Positions 9,817 through 19,058 of a stretch of 61,100 nucleotides of DNA are shown here, piece after piece; positions within the stretch are counted from its first letter, which is position 1; each line of letters starts with the position of its first letter. A program made the position numbers and the translations under genes. The notes beneath the pieces are model-generated. The model was not told where the DNA came from. It was given only the letters and a program-made list of their open reading frames with translations, and searched no databases. Source of the stretch: Candidatus Aenigmatarchaeota archaeon (GTDB lineage Archaea; Aenigmatarchaeota; Aenigmatarchaeia; CG10238-14; SpSt-28); NCBI GenBank assembly GCA_025057985.1, contig JANXEV010000003.1:1-61100 (forward strand), read 5' to 3'.

Positions 9817-10203
9817 ATGAGGCACGACTTATTAGCAGACGCTTTAAGTATAATAAAAAACGCTGATAGAGTTGGGAAGAAGGAGTGCTATTTGAAAGCC
9901 AGTAAATTGGTAGAGAAAGTGTTAAAGGTTATGCAAGAAAACGACTACATAGGTGCTTATGAAATAATAAGCGACGGAAAATCAGGAATCATAAAAGTCG
10001 AGTTGAAAGGTAAGGTGATAAATTGTAATGTCATCAAGCCAAGATTTTCTGTTAAAGTCGATGAGTTTGAAAAATGGGAAAAAAGATATTTGCCGGCAAG
10101 AAACGTTGGCATACTTATACTAACAACAAATAAAGGAGTGATGGATCATAAAACTGCAAAAAAACTTAGAGTCGGTGGAAAACTTTTAGCATTTTGTTAT
10201 TAA
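9817..10203 (+). CDS. rps8: Ribosomal protein uS8
   Basis: [43 protein letters not shown]. Confidence 0.98.
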   Translation: MRHDLLADALSIIKNADRVGKKECYLKASKLVEKVLKVMQENDYIGAYEIISDGKSGIIKVELKGKVINCNVIKPRFSVKVDEFEKWEKRYLPARNVGILILTTNKGVMDHKTAKKLRVGGKLLAFCY

Positions 10204-10205
10204 AG

Positions 10206-10745
10206 GTGATAAAAATTTTTGAGAAAAAAGTCAAAATACCATCTGAAGTGAAAGTTAGCATAGAAGGTAATAAAGTGAAAGTTGTTGGTCCTAAGGGTGA
10301 ATTAGAAAAAAGTTTTAAAATACCGAAAGATGTTAAGGTTGAGTTAAGTGAGGAATTTGTTAAAGTTTTTTCTGAAAATGAAAGAAGAAAAATCAAAGCT
10401 ATGGTAGGAACAATAGCCGCTCATATAAGGAATATGATTGAAGGTGTGGTAAAAGGCTATACTTATAAACTTAAAGTTGTTTATTCTCATTTTCCAGTTA
10501 CGGTAAAAGTGGAGAACGACAAGGTCGTGATTCAAAACTTTTTGGGTGAAAGAACACCAAGAATAGCCAAGATAGTTGGAAATACTAAGGTTGAAGTAAA
10601 AGGTCAAGAAATAATAGTTTCTGGAATAGACATAGATGCTGTCGGTCAGACTGCTGGTAATATAGAGCAAGCAACTAGAATAACCGGGAAAGATAGAAGG
10701 GTATTCCAAGATGGAATATTTATCGTTAGTAAAGGTGAAGAATAG
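10206..10745 (+). CDS. rpl6: Ribosomal protein uL6
   Basis: [41 protein letters not shown]. Start codon is ambiguous (GTG 10206 used). Confidence 0.97.
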   Translation: MIKIFEKKVKIPSEVKVSIEGNKVKVVGPKGELEKSFKIPKDVKVELSEEFVKVFSENERRKIKAMVGTIAAHIRNMIEGVVKGYTYKLKVVYSHFPVTVKVENDKVVIQNFLGERTPRIAKIVGNTKVEVKGQEIIVSGIDIDAVGQTAGNIEQATRITGKDRRVFQDGIFIVSKGEE

Positions 10746-11179
10746 TGTTGTTTATTACTAGAGTTTCTACAGATTGCATAGCGGAAAATAAAGGAAAGCT
10801 TTTGGTAGTTAGAAGAAATATACCCCCATTTAGAGGAAAGTACTGTTTTCCTGGCGGACATTTAAAATTTAATGAAAGTGTGGAAGAATGTGTGGTAAGA
10901 GAAACTTATGAAGAAACTGGAGTAAAAGTCGAACCTAAAGAGATACTTGGTGTTTATTCGAAAAAAAACAGAGATCCGAGAGGGCATATAGTTTCCATAG
11001 TTTTTGTTTGTAAACCAATAAACAATAGAGTAAAAAGTTCATTCGAAGGAGAAGCCGAATGGATGGATGTGAAACTGTTAAAAAATATTGATATGGCTTT
11101 CGACCATAAAAGAATATTAGAAGATTATTTGAAATGGAAAAGGAGGAGACAAACTTTTTGGAGTGGTAAAGATGGCTAG
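10745..11179 (+). CDS. Nudix hydrolase
   Basis: Complete Nudix box GGHLKFNESVEECVVRETYEETGV, plus RDPRGH and AFDH motifs. Confidence 0.95.
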   Translation: MLFITRVSTDCIAENKGKLLVVRRNIPPFRGKYCFPGGHLKFNESVEECVVRETYEETGVKVEPKEILGVYSKKNRDPRGHIVSIVFVCKPINNRVKSSFEGEAEWMDVKLLKNIDMAFDHKRILEDYLKWKRRRQTFWSGKDG

Positions 11180-11501
11180 AAAAAGATTTAGGAGACCACT
11201 TAGCGAATGTATAAAAAGAATAGGGGAGAGTTGGAGGAGACCAAAAGGACTACAAAGTAAAGTTAGGCAAAAGATAAAAGGAAAATTGAAAATGCCAGAT
11301 ATAGGATATAAAAAGCCTGAAGATGTTCGTGGTTTACATCCCTGTGGATTGAAAGAAGTTTTGGTAAGAAATTTGAAAGACTTAGAAAATTTAGATCCCA
11401 GTAAAGTGACAATCAGAATATCTTCAAAGGTTGGTAAAAAGAAAAGGAGTGAAATAGTCAAAAAAGCGAAAGAAATGAATATAAAAATACTGAATGAGTG
11501 A
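11172..11501 (+). CDS. rpl32e: Ribosomal protein eL32
   Basis: WRRPKGLQSKVR, GYKKP, RGLHPCG, KVGKKKR. ATG at 11172. Confidence 0.97.
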   Translation: MARKRFRRPLSECIKRIGESWRRPKGLQSKVRQKIKGKLKMPDIGYKKPEDVRGLHPCGLKEVLVRNLKDLENLDPSKVTIRISSKVGKKKRSEIVKKAKEMNIKILNE

Positions 11502-11507
11502 TTTTTT

Positions 11508-11930
11508 ATGAAGTTACAAAGAAAACTTGCAGCTAGAATATTCGGTGTGGGAGAGAGTAAAGTTTGGATGGATCCGACTAAAATTTCCGAGATAGAGAAG
11601 GCCGTATCGGCTGCAGACATTAGAAGGTTGATAAAAAAAGGCTACATAAAAAAGAAGCTTGAAAAACCAAAGAGACCTAAGGAAAAGAAGAAAAAAAGAA
11701 GGTATGAAGGTAGTAGAAAGGGAAAGAAATATTCTAAGATATCGAAAAAAGAGAGATGGGTTAAACTGGTTAGAGTCTTAAGGAGGTATGCTAAAGAGTT
11801 AAAAGAAGAAGGTAAAATAGACAATAAAACTTATAGAAAAATTAGAGCCTTGATAAAAGGAGGTATGTTCAAGAGTAGATCACACATGGAGTTATATCTT
11901 AAACAACATAAACTTATAAAAGGTGAATGA
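11508..11930 (+). CDS. rpl19e: Ribosomal protein eL19
   Basis: LQRKLAARIFGVGESKVWMDP, GSRKGKK, KGGMFKS. Confidence 0.97.
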   Translation: MKLQRKLAARIFGVGESKVWMDPTKISEIEKAVSAADIRRLIKKGYIKKKLEKPKRPKEKKKKRRYEGSRKGKKYSKISKKERWVKLVRVLRRYAKELKEEGKIDNKTYRKIRALIKGGMFKSRSHMELYLKQHKLIKGE

Positions 11931-12439
11931 AGATGCCAAAAATAAGTCCAACTTATAGGATACATTACAAGAGAAGAAGAGAAGGAAAAACAAATTACAG
12001 AGATAGACTAAAATTGCTTTTGTCGAAAAAACCAAGACTCGTTTTTAGAAAGACCTTAAAATACATTATAGGTCAGATTATAGAATTTGATAAAAAAGGT
12101 GATAAAACTTTGGTTGGGGTTACATCAAAAATTTTAAGAAAATTTGGTTGGAAATTCGCGTGTGACAATACTCCAGCCTCCTATTTAACTGGATACTTGT
12201 TGTCCAAAATGGCCTTGAAAAACGGTATAAAAGAGGCCGTATTCGACATGGGTTTGTATACATCAAAAAAAGGTTGTAGGGCATATGCTTTTTTAAAAGG
12301 AGCACTTGATGCTGGCCTGAAAGTTCCTTTTAATGAATCGATACTTCCGAGTGAAGAAAGGATAAAAGGCTTACATATAAACGAAAACGTCGCTAAAAAT
12401 TTTGAGGAAGTGAGAAACGCTATAGATAGGGGTGTCTGA
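11927..12439 (+). CDS. rpl18: Ribosomal protein uL18
   Basis: RRREGKTNYRDRLKLL, NTPASYLTG, GALDAGL. Confidence 0.97.
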   Translation: MKMPKISPTYRIHYKRRREGKTNYRDRLKLLLSKKPRLVFRKTLKYIIGQIIEFDKKGDKTLVGVTSKILRKFGWKFACDNTPASYLTGYLLSKMALKNGIKEAVFDMGLYTSKKGCRAYAFLKGALDAGLKVPFNESILPSEERIKGLHINENVAKNFEEVRNAIDRGV

Positions 12440-13139
12440 AATGGAAGAAGTTAGAGAAGAAAAAACTGAATTAGAAGGTGAGTTAAGAGCTGAAGAAAAA
12501 GCGGATACTTGGGTGCCGAGAACAAGCCTTGGTAGAGAAGTTTTGGCCGGTAGAATAAAAAGTATAGATGAGATACTAGAAAGTGGAAAAAGAATAATGG
12601 AGCCTGAGATAGTCGACTATTTGATACCTGGTTTGAAAGAAGAATTGATATCCATAGGAAAAAGGACGGGTAAAGGTGGTGGTTCTCAAAGAATACCTAT
12701 AAGAGTTACTGCAAGAATGAAAAAATCAGGTAGAAGGTTTAGAATGTCTGCTTTCATCGTCGTTGGAAACGAAGACGGTTACGTTGGAATAGGCAAAGGT
12801 ACTTCTGTGGACGCTAAAAGGGCTATAGAAAAAGCGAGAAAAAAAGCAAGGTTAAATATAATTAAAGTAAAGAGAGGTTGTGGAAGTTGGGAGTGTGGCT
12901 GTGGTTTAGAACATTCTATTCCATACAAAATAGATGGAAAAAGTGGGAGCGTTAGAGTTATTTTACTTCCTGCGCCAAAAGGAGTCGGTTTGGTAGCAGA
13001 CGATGAAAGTAAAAAAATATTAAAACTCGCTGGAATAAAGGATGTTTGGGTGAAAAGTTTCGGGAACACCAGCATGCACTTAAATTTAATTGCAGCTATT
13101 TATGATGCACTTAAGAAATTGTATGTTTACGATAGGTGA
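12432..13139 (+). CDS. rps5: Ribosomal protein uS5
   Basis: WVPRTSLG, RMKKSGRRFR, RGCGSWECGCG, PAPKGVGL. Confidence 0.98.
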   Translation: MSEMEEVREEKTELEGELRAEEKADTWVPRTSLGREVLAGRIKSIDEILESGKRIMEPEIVDYLIPGLKEELISIGKRTGKGGGSQRIPIRVTARMKKSGRRFRMSAFIVVGNEDGYVGIGKGTSVDAKRAIEKARKKARLNIIKVKRGCGSWECGCGLEHSIPYKIDGKSGSVRVILLPAPKGVGLVADDESKKILKLAGIKDVWVKSFGNTSMHLNLIAAIYDALKKLYVYDR

Positions 13140-13146
13140 ATGAGAG

Positions 13147-13611
13147 ATGTATGTGGCTGTTAGAATAAGGGGAACGGTTGGAGTGCCTAAAAAGATAGAA
13201 GACACTTTAAACCTTCTCAGGCTGAAGAAAAAATTTAATTGTAATATATTTCTGGAGAATGAAAGTATAAAGGGGATGTTGGAGAAGGTGAAAGATTTTA
13301 TAACATACGGTGAGATAGACAAAGAAACATTAGTTTTGTTACTCAAAAAAAGACTTAGGATGAGAGGCAAAGAAAATAGGAAAGTGACTGAAGAAGATTT
13401 GAAAAAAATAACAGGTTTAAATAACTTTGAAGAGTTTGCTGAAAAATTGATGAAGGGTGAGCTAAAAATTAAAGACTTTGAAGAATTTCAACCAAACTTT
13501 AGGTTAAGGCCGCCCTCAAAGGGATTGAAAAGTATAAAAGAACACTGGCCAAAAGGAGATTTGGGATATCGTGGTAAGGAGATAAACGAGTTGATAAAAA
13601 GGATGATATAA
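13147..13611 (+). CDS. rpl30: Ribosomal protein uL30
   Basis: AVRIRG, DTLNLLRL, GMLEKVKDFITYGE, FRLRPPSKG, GDLGYRG. Confidence 0.97.
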   Translation: MYVAVRIRGTVGVPKKIEDTLNLLRLKKKFNCNIFLENESIKGMLEKVKDFITYGEIDKETLVLLLKKRLRMRGKENRKVTEEDLKKITGLNNFEEFAEKLMKGELKIKDFEEFQPNFRLRPPSKGLKSIKEHWPKGDLGYRGKEINELIKRMI

Positions 13612-14019
13612 ATGGTGGTTAGACATAAAAAGAAAAGAAGAAGAGGAGAAAGAACATATCATGGTCATCATACTGCAAGAAAAGGAGGAGGAAATAGAGG
13701 CGGTAGAGGAAGAACCAGCAGACACAAACACATATTTAAATTTATCGAGAGAGAAGATAAACGTGGTTTTGTTTATCCTTTAAGAAAAGAGTACAAAACG
13801 ATAAATTTGTCAGATTTGAACAAACTTATTGAAGATTTGATAAGAGAAAAAAAGGTGGATGAAAAGAACATCTTTATAAACTTGAAGAATTACGGTTATG
13901 ATAAAGTTTTGGGAAGAGGAGAATTAAAATACAAAGCTACCATAGAAGTTGAAAGAGCTTCTAGAAATGCGATAGAGAAGATTAAAAGATCGGGAGGAGA
14001 GGTAATCCTAAAGAATTAA
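13612..14019 (+). CDS. rpl15: Ribosomal protein uL15
   Basis: RGERTYHG, KGGGNRGGRG, KVLGRG, ASRNAIEKI. Confidence 0.95.
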   Translation: MVVRHKKKRRRGERTYHGHHTARKGGGNRGGRGRTSRHKHIFKFIEREDKRGFVYPLRKEYKTINLSDLNKLIEDLIREKKVDEKNIFINLKNYGYDKVLGRGELKYKATIEVERASRNAIEKIKRSGGEVILKN

Positions 14020-14043
14020 ATTATTAGTATCAATAAATTTGTA

Positions 14044-15471
14044 ATGAAATTAGGAGAGTTAGCGGAAAAGATATATAAATACTTACCTGCAGTAAAAGGA
14101 CCATTGTATAAGATTAGTTTTAAGGAAAAAATAAAGTGGACTGGTTTGATTTTGGCAGTTTATTTCTTTCTATCTTATGTCCCTGTTATAGGTTTGAAGT
14201 TGACACAAGAAGCTAACTATTTACTAACTTTACAACATCTTTTAGGTGCAAGATTCGGTAGTTTGTTGACCCTAGGTGTGGCACCAATCGTTACTTCCGG
14301 TATTATACTTCAACTTTTAGTCGGTTCTAAAATAATAAATTTAGACACAAAAACGAGGGAAGGTAGAAAAAAATTTGGAATGTGGAACAAAACATTAGCA
14401 TTCTTTCTAGCTTTCGTAGAAGCAATAGCTTATGTTGTCTTGGGACCTTTACATACAGAAAAAATATTAATACCTTTTATCGTCCTTCAAATAGCTCTAG
14501 GGGGAATACTTGTTATACTTTTCGACGAAGTGATAAGTAAATGGGGGATAGGTTCTGGTGTGAGTTTGTTTATACTAGCGGGCATTTCAGTACAGATTTT
14601 TATAAGAATGTTCTCTCCTTTTCCGGCAGGATGTTCTTTTGAAACCTTATCTGCATGTGTACCTTCAATCGATAATCCACCAGTTGGTTTAGTTTGGGAT
14701 AGTTTGATAAATTTCTATAACAACAACCCAACAAACGCTATCTTGGCATTTGTTCCAATACTTTCAACGATTATAGTCTTTTTGATTGTTGTTTACATAC
14801 AGGGAATAAATGTGGAAGTGCCTTTGGCATTTTCTCTATTTAGAGGTTTTGGGAAAAGTTGGCCTTTAAAACTTCTTTACACAAGCAACATTCCAGTTAT
14901 TTTTATGTTTGCACTACTTTTAAACTTCCAGATGATGAGTAGAGTTGGTGTTCAGGAAGTTTCTCCTGGAAAATATTGCGGTCCACTCGGATGTTTCGAC
15001 TCAGCTGGTAATCCGATAAGCGGATTTGCTTACTACATATCTACACCTAGAGGAATAGCCAGTGAAATAATTGGCGGAACGATTAGTATTAACACGATAA
15101 TACATGGTATACTATACGCAATAATAATGATAGTTGGTTGTACGATTTTTTCAGTTATGTGGGTTAAAACTAGCGGTATGGATGCTAAATCTGTGGCCGA
15201 ACAGTTGTATTCTATAGGAATGCAAATTCCAGGATATAGAAGAGACCCTAGAATTATAGAGTCCGTGTTAAATAGGTATATCTCACCTTTATCAATACTC
15301 AGCGGAGTTTGTGTAGGTGCTCTAACGGCCTTGGCAGACTTTCTTGGAGCCATAGGTACTGGAACCGGAATTTTATTAGCTGTTACAATCGCCTACAATT
15401 ACTATGAGTTGATTAGAAACGAAGATACAGAAGACGCCCCGAAAATTATTAAAAAATTCCTAGGAGATTAA
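14044..15471 (+). CDS. secY: Protein translocase SecY (Sec61 alpha)
   Basis: LLTLGVAPIVTSGIILQLL, KWGIGSGVSLFI, LYTSNIPVI, IPGYR, GTGILLAV. Confidence 0.98.
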   Translation: MKLGELAEKIYKYLPAVKGPLYKISFKEKIKWTGLILAVYFFLSYVPVIGLKLTQEANYLLTLQHLLGARFGSLLTLGVAPIVTSGIILQLLVGSKIINLDTKTREGRKKFGMWNKTLAFFLAFVEAIAYVVLGPLHTEKILIPFIVLQIALGGILVILFDEVISKWGIGSGVSLFILAGISVQIFIRMFSPFPAGCSFETLSACVPSIDNPPVGLVWDSLINFYNNNPTNAILAFVPILSTIIVFLIVVYIQGINVEVPLAFSLFRGFGKSWPLKLLYTSNIPVIFMFALLLNFQMMSRVGVQEVSPGKYCGPLGCFDSAGNPISGFAYYISTPRGIASEIIGGTISINTIIHGILYAIIMIVGCTIFSVMWVKTSGMDAKSVAEQLYSIGMQIPGYRRDPRIIESVLNRYISPLSILSGVCVGALTALADFLGAIGTGTGILLAVTIAYNYYELIRNEDTEDAPKIIKKFLGD

Positions 15472-15475
15472 TATT

Positions 15476-15874
15476 ATGATAGATAATCCAGTTTTAAACG
15501 TTCTCTTTTTGGCTTTTTTTGTTTCTTTGGTTGTTTCTCTATACCAAAGGAAAATTTTTAGTAAAAGTAAAATAAACCAAATAAAAACCGAAATTGATGA
15601 AATAAGGAAAAAATTACTCAAGTCTGAAGCAGATGAATTTCTGGTAAAAAAGGTGGTCGAACTCAATAAAATTTTTGTGAAAGAAAATATGAAGGTTTTA
15701 ATTATCACTCTTCTGATTGGTTTGTTAGGAATTTACTTGGTTCAACATACATATTCTGGATATACGGTGAAATTACCGATACCAGTATTTAAAAATTTAA
15801 ATATACTCTATTTTTACATAATATTAACATTTGTAATTGGTATAGTATTGTCGAAACTCTTGGAGGTGAGTTGA
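15476..15874 (+). CDS. DUF106 (Oxa1/EMC3/TMCO1-like) membrane insertase family protein
   Basis: TM, then coiled coil, then two TMs; occupies the conserved position after secY. Confidence 0.7.
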   Translation: MIDNPVLNVLFLAFFVSLVVSLYQRKIFSKSKINQIKTEIDEIRKKLLKSEADEFLVKKVVELNKIFVKENMKVLIITLLIGLLGIYLVQHTYSGYTVKLPIPVFKNLNILYFYIILTFVIGIVLSKLLEVS

Positions 15875-16191
15875 TGATAGAAGTTGGAAGAATTTGTGTG
15901 AAATTGTCAGGAAGAGAAAAAGGTAGATATTGTGTTGTTTTGAAAAAAATAGATAAAAACTTTGTTTTAGTTTCTGGGCCGAAAATTTTAACTGGTGTAA
16001 AAAGAAGGCGAGTAAACTTAATTCATCTACAACCAACAAAATATAAACTAGAAATAAAGGAAGAAGCAGATGATAAAGAACTTTTGGAAGCTTGGAGAAA
16101 GTCTAATTTAATCGAGGTTTTGGGTTTGAAGTTGCCTTCTGGTATCTCGTTGAAAGAAGAAAATAAGGAAGAAAAGAAAGAATCTAAATAA
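15871..16191 (+). CDS. rpl14e: Ribosomal protein eL14
   Basis: IEVGRICVKLSGREKG, FVLVSGP, GVKRRRVNLIHLQPT. Confidence 0.97.
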   Translation: MMIEVGRICVKLSGREKGRYCVVLKKIDKNFVLVSGPKILTGVKRRRVNLIHLQPTKYKLEIKEEADDKELLEAWRKSNLIEVLGLKLPSGISLKEENKEEKKESK

Positions 16192-17335
16192 GTTTAACTT
16201 CGGTTTCTTTAACAATTTTTTTCACGATCTTATTTATATCAATTAGTTTTTCAAATTCTTTCACTTTTTCTTCGTTTACAAAAGCTGAGGAATGTTTTGG
16301 AGCAAATAAACTGCATGTATCTTCACATGGCATTATAGATATATCGTATGTGCCGATCCTTTTTGAAATTTCGATTATTTCTTCTTTATCAAAACCAATT
16401 AAGGGTCTGAGTACAGGAATTTTTACCACACTCTCTATAACTTTAAGATTATGTAAAGTTTGGGATGAAACCTGGGCTAAACTCTCACCTGTAACTAGAG
16501 CTTCAGCATTCTCACTCTTTGCGATTTTTTCAGCAACCCTAAACATTAATCTTCTGTACATTATGATCAAGTATTTTGGATCTATTAGGTTTTTCATCTT
16601 TAATTGGTACTCTCCTATTTTTGCAACGTACAATTTACTTCTTATTTGATATTTGTTCAACACTTTTACTATTTTCTCAACTTTTTCTATGCTTTTTTTC
16701 GAAGTGATCGGAAAGCCACTAAAATGAAGATAAACTACTTCACAACCTCTTTTCATCGCAAAATAGCTTGCTACAGGAGAGTCGATTCCACCTGAAAGCA
16801 ATGAAATTACTCTTCCTGAAGATGATATAGGTAGACCCTTTGGGCCTTGATAAATTTGAGTGTAAACGAAAGTTCCTATTTTTCTAATATCAAAATTAAT
16901 TTGAATGTCTGGTTTTTCTAAATCAACTTTTCTCTCCACAAAACTACCTAAATAACTTTCTAGCTCTTTGCTGGTATATTCTGTATCAAAACTTCTGTTT
17001 ACACGAATGGCGAAAGTTTTGTTTTTCGGTATCAACCTTTCGTAGTTTTCTCTTATGAATTTTGCTAATTCTTCTTTTTCTCTAGTTTTTAGATAGATTG
17101 CCGGAGAAAACGAGTGTATGCCAAAAATATTTTTTAAAACGTTTAAACAACTTTTAACCTCATTTGTAAATATAAAAATCCTTCCTCTTTCAGCCCTTTT
17201 TACCTCAACTTTAACGTTTTCTCTTTTTAAGTGATCAAAGATGTTTTTAATCAATTTGGATTCATAGATTCTAAAAACTCTTTCTGATTTTAAAAAAATC
17301 TCGGAATATCTTACTATTATCGAATTTTCTTCCAT
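16184..17335 (-). CDS. thiI: tRNA 4-thiouridine synthase ThiI (THUMP + PP-loop, no rhodanese domain)
   Basis: RYSEIFLKS, LLSGGIDSPVA, TGESLAQVSSQT, RPLIGFDKEEI. Confidence 0.96.
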   Translation of the reverse strand: MEENSIIVRYSEIFLKSERVFRIYESKLIKNIFDHLKRENVKVEVKRAERGRIFIFTNEVKSCLNVLKNIFGIHSFSPAIYLKTREKEELAKFIRENYERLIPKNKTFAIRVNRSFDTEYTSKELESYLGSFVERKVDLEKPDIQINFDIRKIGTFVYTQIYQGPKGLPISSSGRVISLLSGGIDSPVASYFAMKRGCEVVYLHFSGFPITSKKSIEKVEKIVKVLNKYQIRSKLYVAKIGEYQLKMKNLIDPKYLIIMYRRLMFRVAEKIAKSENAEALVTGESLAQVSSQTLHNLKVIESVVKIPVLRPLIGFDKEEIIEISKRIGTYDISIMPCEDTCSLFAPKHSSAFVNEEKVKEFEKLIDINKIVKKIVKETEVKLI

Positions 17336-17379
17336 ATTTTAATGATGGTTTTGAAAAACATATTCCTTGGTTTCAATAT

Positions 17380-17454
17380 TGGGCCCGGTGGGATTCGAAC
17401 CCACGATCTCCTGGTCCGAAGCCAGGCGCGTTATCCAAGCTACGCTACGGGCCC
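17380..17454 (-). tRNA. tRNA-Arg(TCG)
   Basis: Reverse complement folds: GGGCCCG/CGGGCCC acceptor, CCTGG-CT TCG GA-CCAGG anticodon arm, GTTCGAATC T-loop. No intron; CCA not encoded. Confidence 0.97.
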
Positions 17455-17502
17455 AATATGAATTTTTATGAAGAAATTTAATTAAGAAAGTGTAAAGTCA
17501 AT

Positions 17503-17769
17503 ATGTTGGCTGAAAAACCGATAAAAATAGATGAAAAAGATGTCGAGAAGCAAATTCTAAGACTTGGTATAATCGCTGAATTAGATGCGGTAAGTTTGTA
17601 CGAGCAACTAGCAGCTAGAGCAAGCAATGAAAAGATAAAAAAAGTTTTCTTAGACATAGCTAAAGAAGAAAAAACACACGTTGGTGAATTCTTAGCATTA
17701 CTCTTAGAATTGGACAAACAACAGAAAAAAGAACTGGAAGAAGGAAAAAAAGAAGTAGAGGAGATTTAG
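17503..17769 (+). CDS. Encapsulated-ferritin (EncFtn)-type ferritin-like protein
   Basis: LRLGIIAELDAVSLYEQ and IAKEEKTHVGEFLALL match the EncFtn ferroxidase pattern. Confidence 0.85.
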   Translation: MLAEKPIKIDEKDVEKQILRLGIIAELDAVSLYEQLAARASNEKIKKVFLDIAKEEKTHVGEFLALLLELDKQQKKELEEGKKEVEEI

Positions 17770-18194
17770 AGTTCTTCAACAAGCACAGATGGGCAAACTC
17801 TTTTTACCCCCTTTATTTTTTTCAAAGTTTTGACAAATTTTTTGATTTCGTCTTTATCCTTGTATAATAACTCAACAAGAAAAGTGTGGTCACCGGAGCT
17901 CAGATAAAATTTTTTCACATTCTCAATTTTTTTAACATTATCGATGACTTTTTCTAAATACTCAGGGATCACGTCAAAACCTACTATGGCTAAATTTTTT
18001 CCAATTTTTTTCCAATCTATTTCTACCGTGAATTTTTTTATTATACCTTTTTTTACCAGCTTTGATATTTTCTTTCTTATTGCAGCCTCACTTAAACCCA
18101 GAATTTTGCCAATCTTGGTGTAGGATAGTCTAGAGTTTTCTTCTAAAATTTTTATCAACTTCTCGTCAGTGTTTTGGTTCGATTTTCGTACCAT
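17766..18194 (-). CDS. Lrp/AsnC transcriptional regulator
   Basis: DEKLIKILEENSRLSYTKIGKILGLSEAAIRKKI HTH, then RAM domain (SSGDHTF). Confidence 0.95.
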   Translation of the reverse strand: MVRKSNQNTDEKLIKILEENSRLSYTKIGKILGLSEAAIRKKISKLVKKGIIKKFTVEIDWKKIGKNLAIVGFDVIPEYLEKVIDNVKKIENVKKFYLSSGDHTFLVELLYKDKDEIKKFVKTLKKIKGVKRVCPSVLVEEL

Positions 18195-18219
18195 AAAGTA
18201 TTTATTTTCGTACCATAAA
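18182..18219. repeat. Two perfect 16-bp direct repeats ATTTTCGTACCATAAA, 22-bp period, in the divergent Lrp/Prx promoter
   Basis: Copies at 18182-18197 and 18204-18219; the first overlaps the Lrp start codon. Confidence 0.9.
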
Positions 18220-18236
18220 TAATTTTTGGTGATTGT

Positions 18237-18890
18237 ATGGGGTTACCAAAGTTAGGAGAACCGATGCCACAATTCAAAGCAATAACAACTAAAGGTGAAA
18301 TAGAATTCCCTAACGATTATAGAGGAAAATGGATCGTTTTTTTCAGTCATCCAGCAGACTTTACACCTGTATGTACAACAGAGTTCTATGCTTTTCAAAA
18401 AAGGTATGAAGAGTTTAAAAAATTGAATGCAGAATTGATAGGCTTGAGTATAGATCAAGTTTTTTCTCACATCAAATGGATCGAGTGGATCAAAGAAAAA
18501 CTAAGTTTAGAAATAGAATTTCCCATAATCGCAGACGATCTGGGAAAAATCTCTAATCTACTTGGAATGATTCATGAGGCTAAAGGCGCAAATACAGTAA
18601 GAGCGGTTTTTATAGTAGATCCAAAAGGTATTTTAAGAGCGATGTTTTACTATCCACAAGAAGTTGGTAGAAACATAGATGAGATATTAAGGGTTTTGAA
18701 AGCGCTTCAAATCTCTGATAGAAATTTAGTAGCGATGCCAGCAAATTGGCCGAACAACGAATTAATAGGGGATAAGGTGATTATACCGCCTGCGAAAAAC
18801 GAAAAAGTTGCTAAAGAAAGATTAGAGAAAGCAAGTAAAAAGGAATTAGAATGTTATGATTGGTGGTTTTGTTATAAGAGGTTAGAGTAG
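18237..18890 (+). CDS. Archaeal peroxiredoxin (Prx6/TPx type)
   Basis: [25 protein letters not shown]-terminal CYDWWFC. Confidence 0.97.
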   Translation: MGLPKLGEPMPQFKAITTKGEIEFPNDYRGKWIVFFSHPADFTPVCTTEFYAFQKRYEEFKKLNAELIGLSIDQVFSHIKWIEWIKEKLSLEIEFPIIADDLGKISNLLGMIHEAKGANTVRAVFIVDPKGILRAMFYYPQEVGRNIDEILRVLKALQISDRNLVAMPANWPNNELIGDKVIIPPAKNEKVAKERLEKASKKELECYDWWFCYKRLE

Positions 18891-18891
18891 A

Positions 18892-19053
18892 ATGAAAAAA
18901 TATAAATGTACAGTGTGTGGATACATATACGATCCAGAAAAAGGAGATAAGACTCAAGGTATAAAACCAGGCACACCTTTTACAAATCTTCCAGATGATT
19001 GGGTCTGTCCGATTTGTGGCGCGACAAAAGATAAGTTTGTAGAGATAGGTTAG
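18892..19053 (+). CDS. Rubredoxin (53 aa, missing from the ORF track)
   Basis: Hand translation: [53 protein letters not shown], with two CxxCG motifs. Confidence 0.98.
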   Translation: MKKYKCTVCGYIYDPEKGDKTQGIKPGTPFTNLPDDWVCPICGATKDKFVEIG

Positions 19054-19058
19054 CAACT

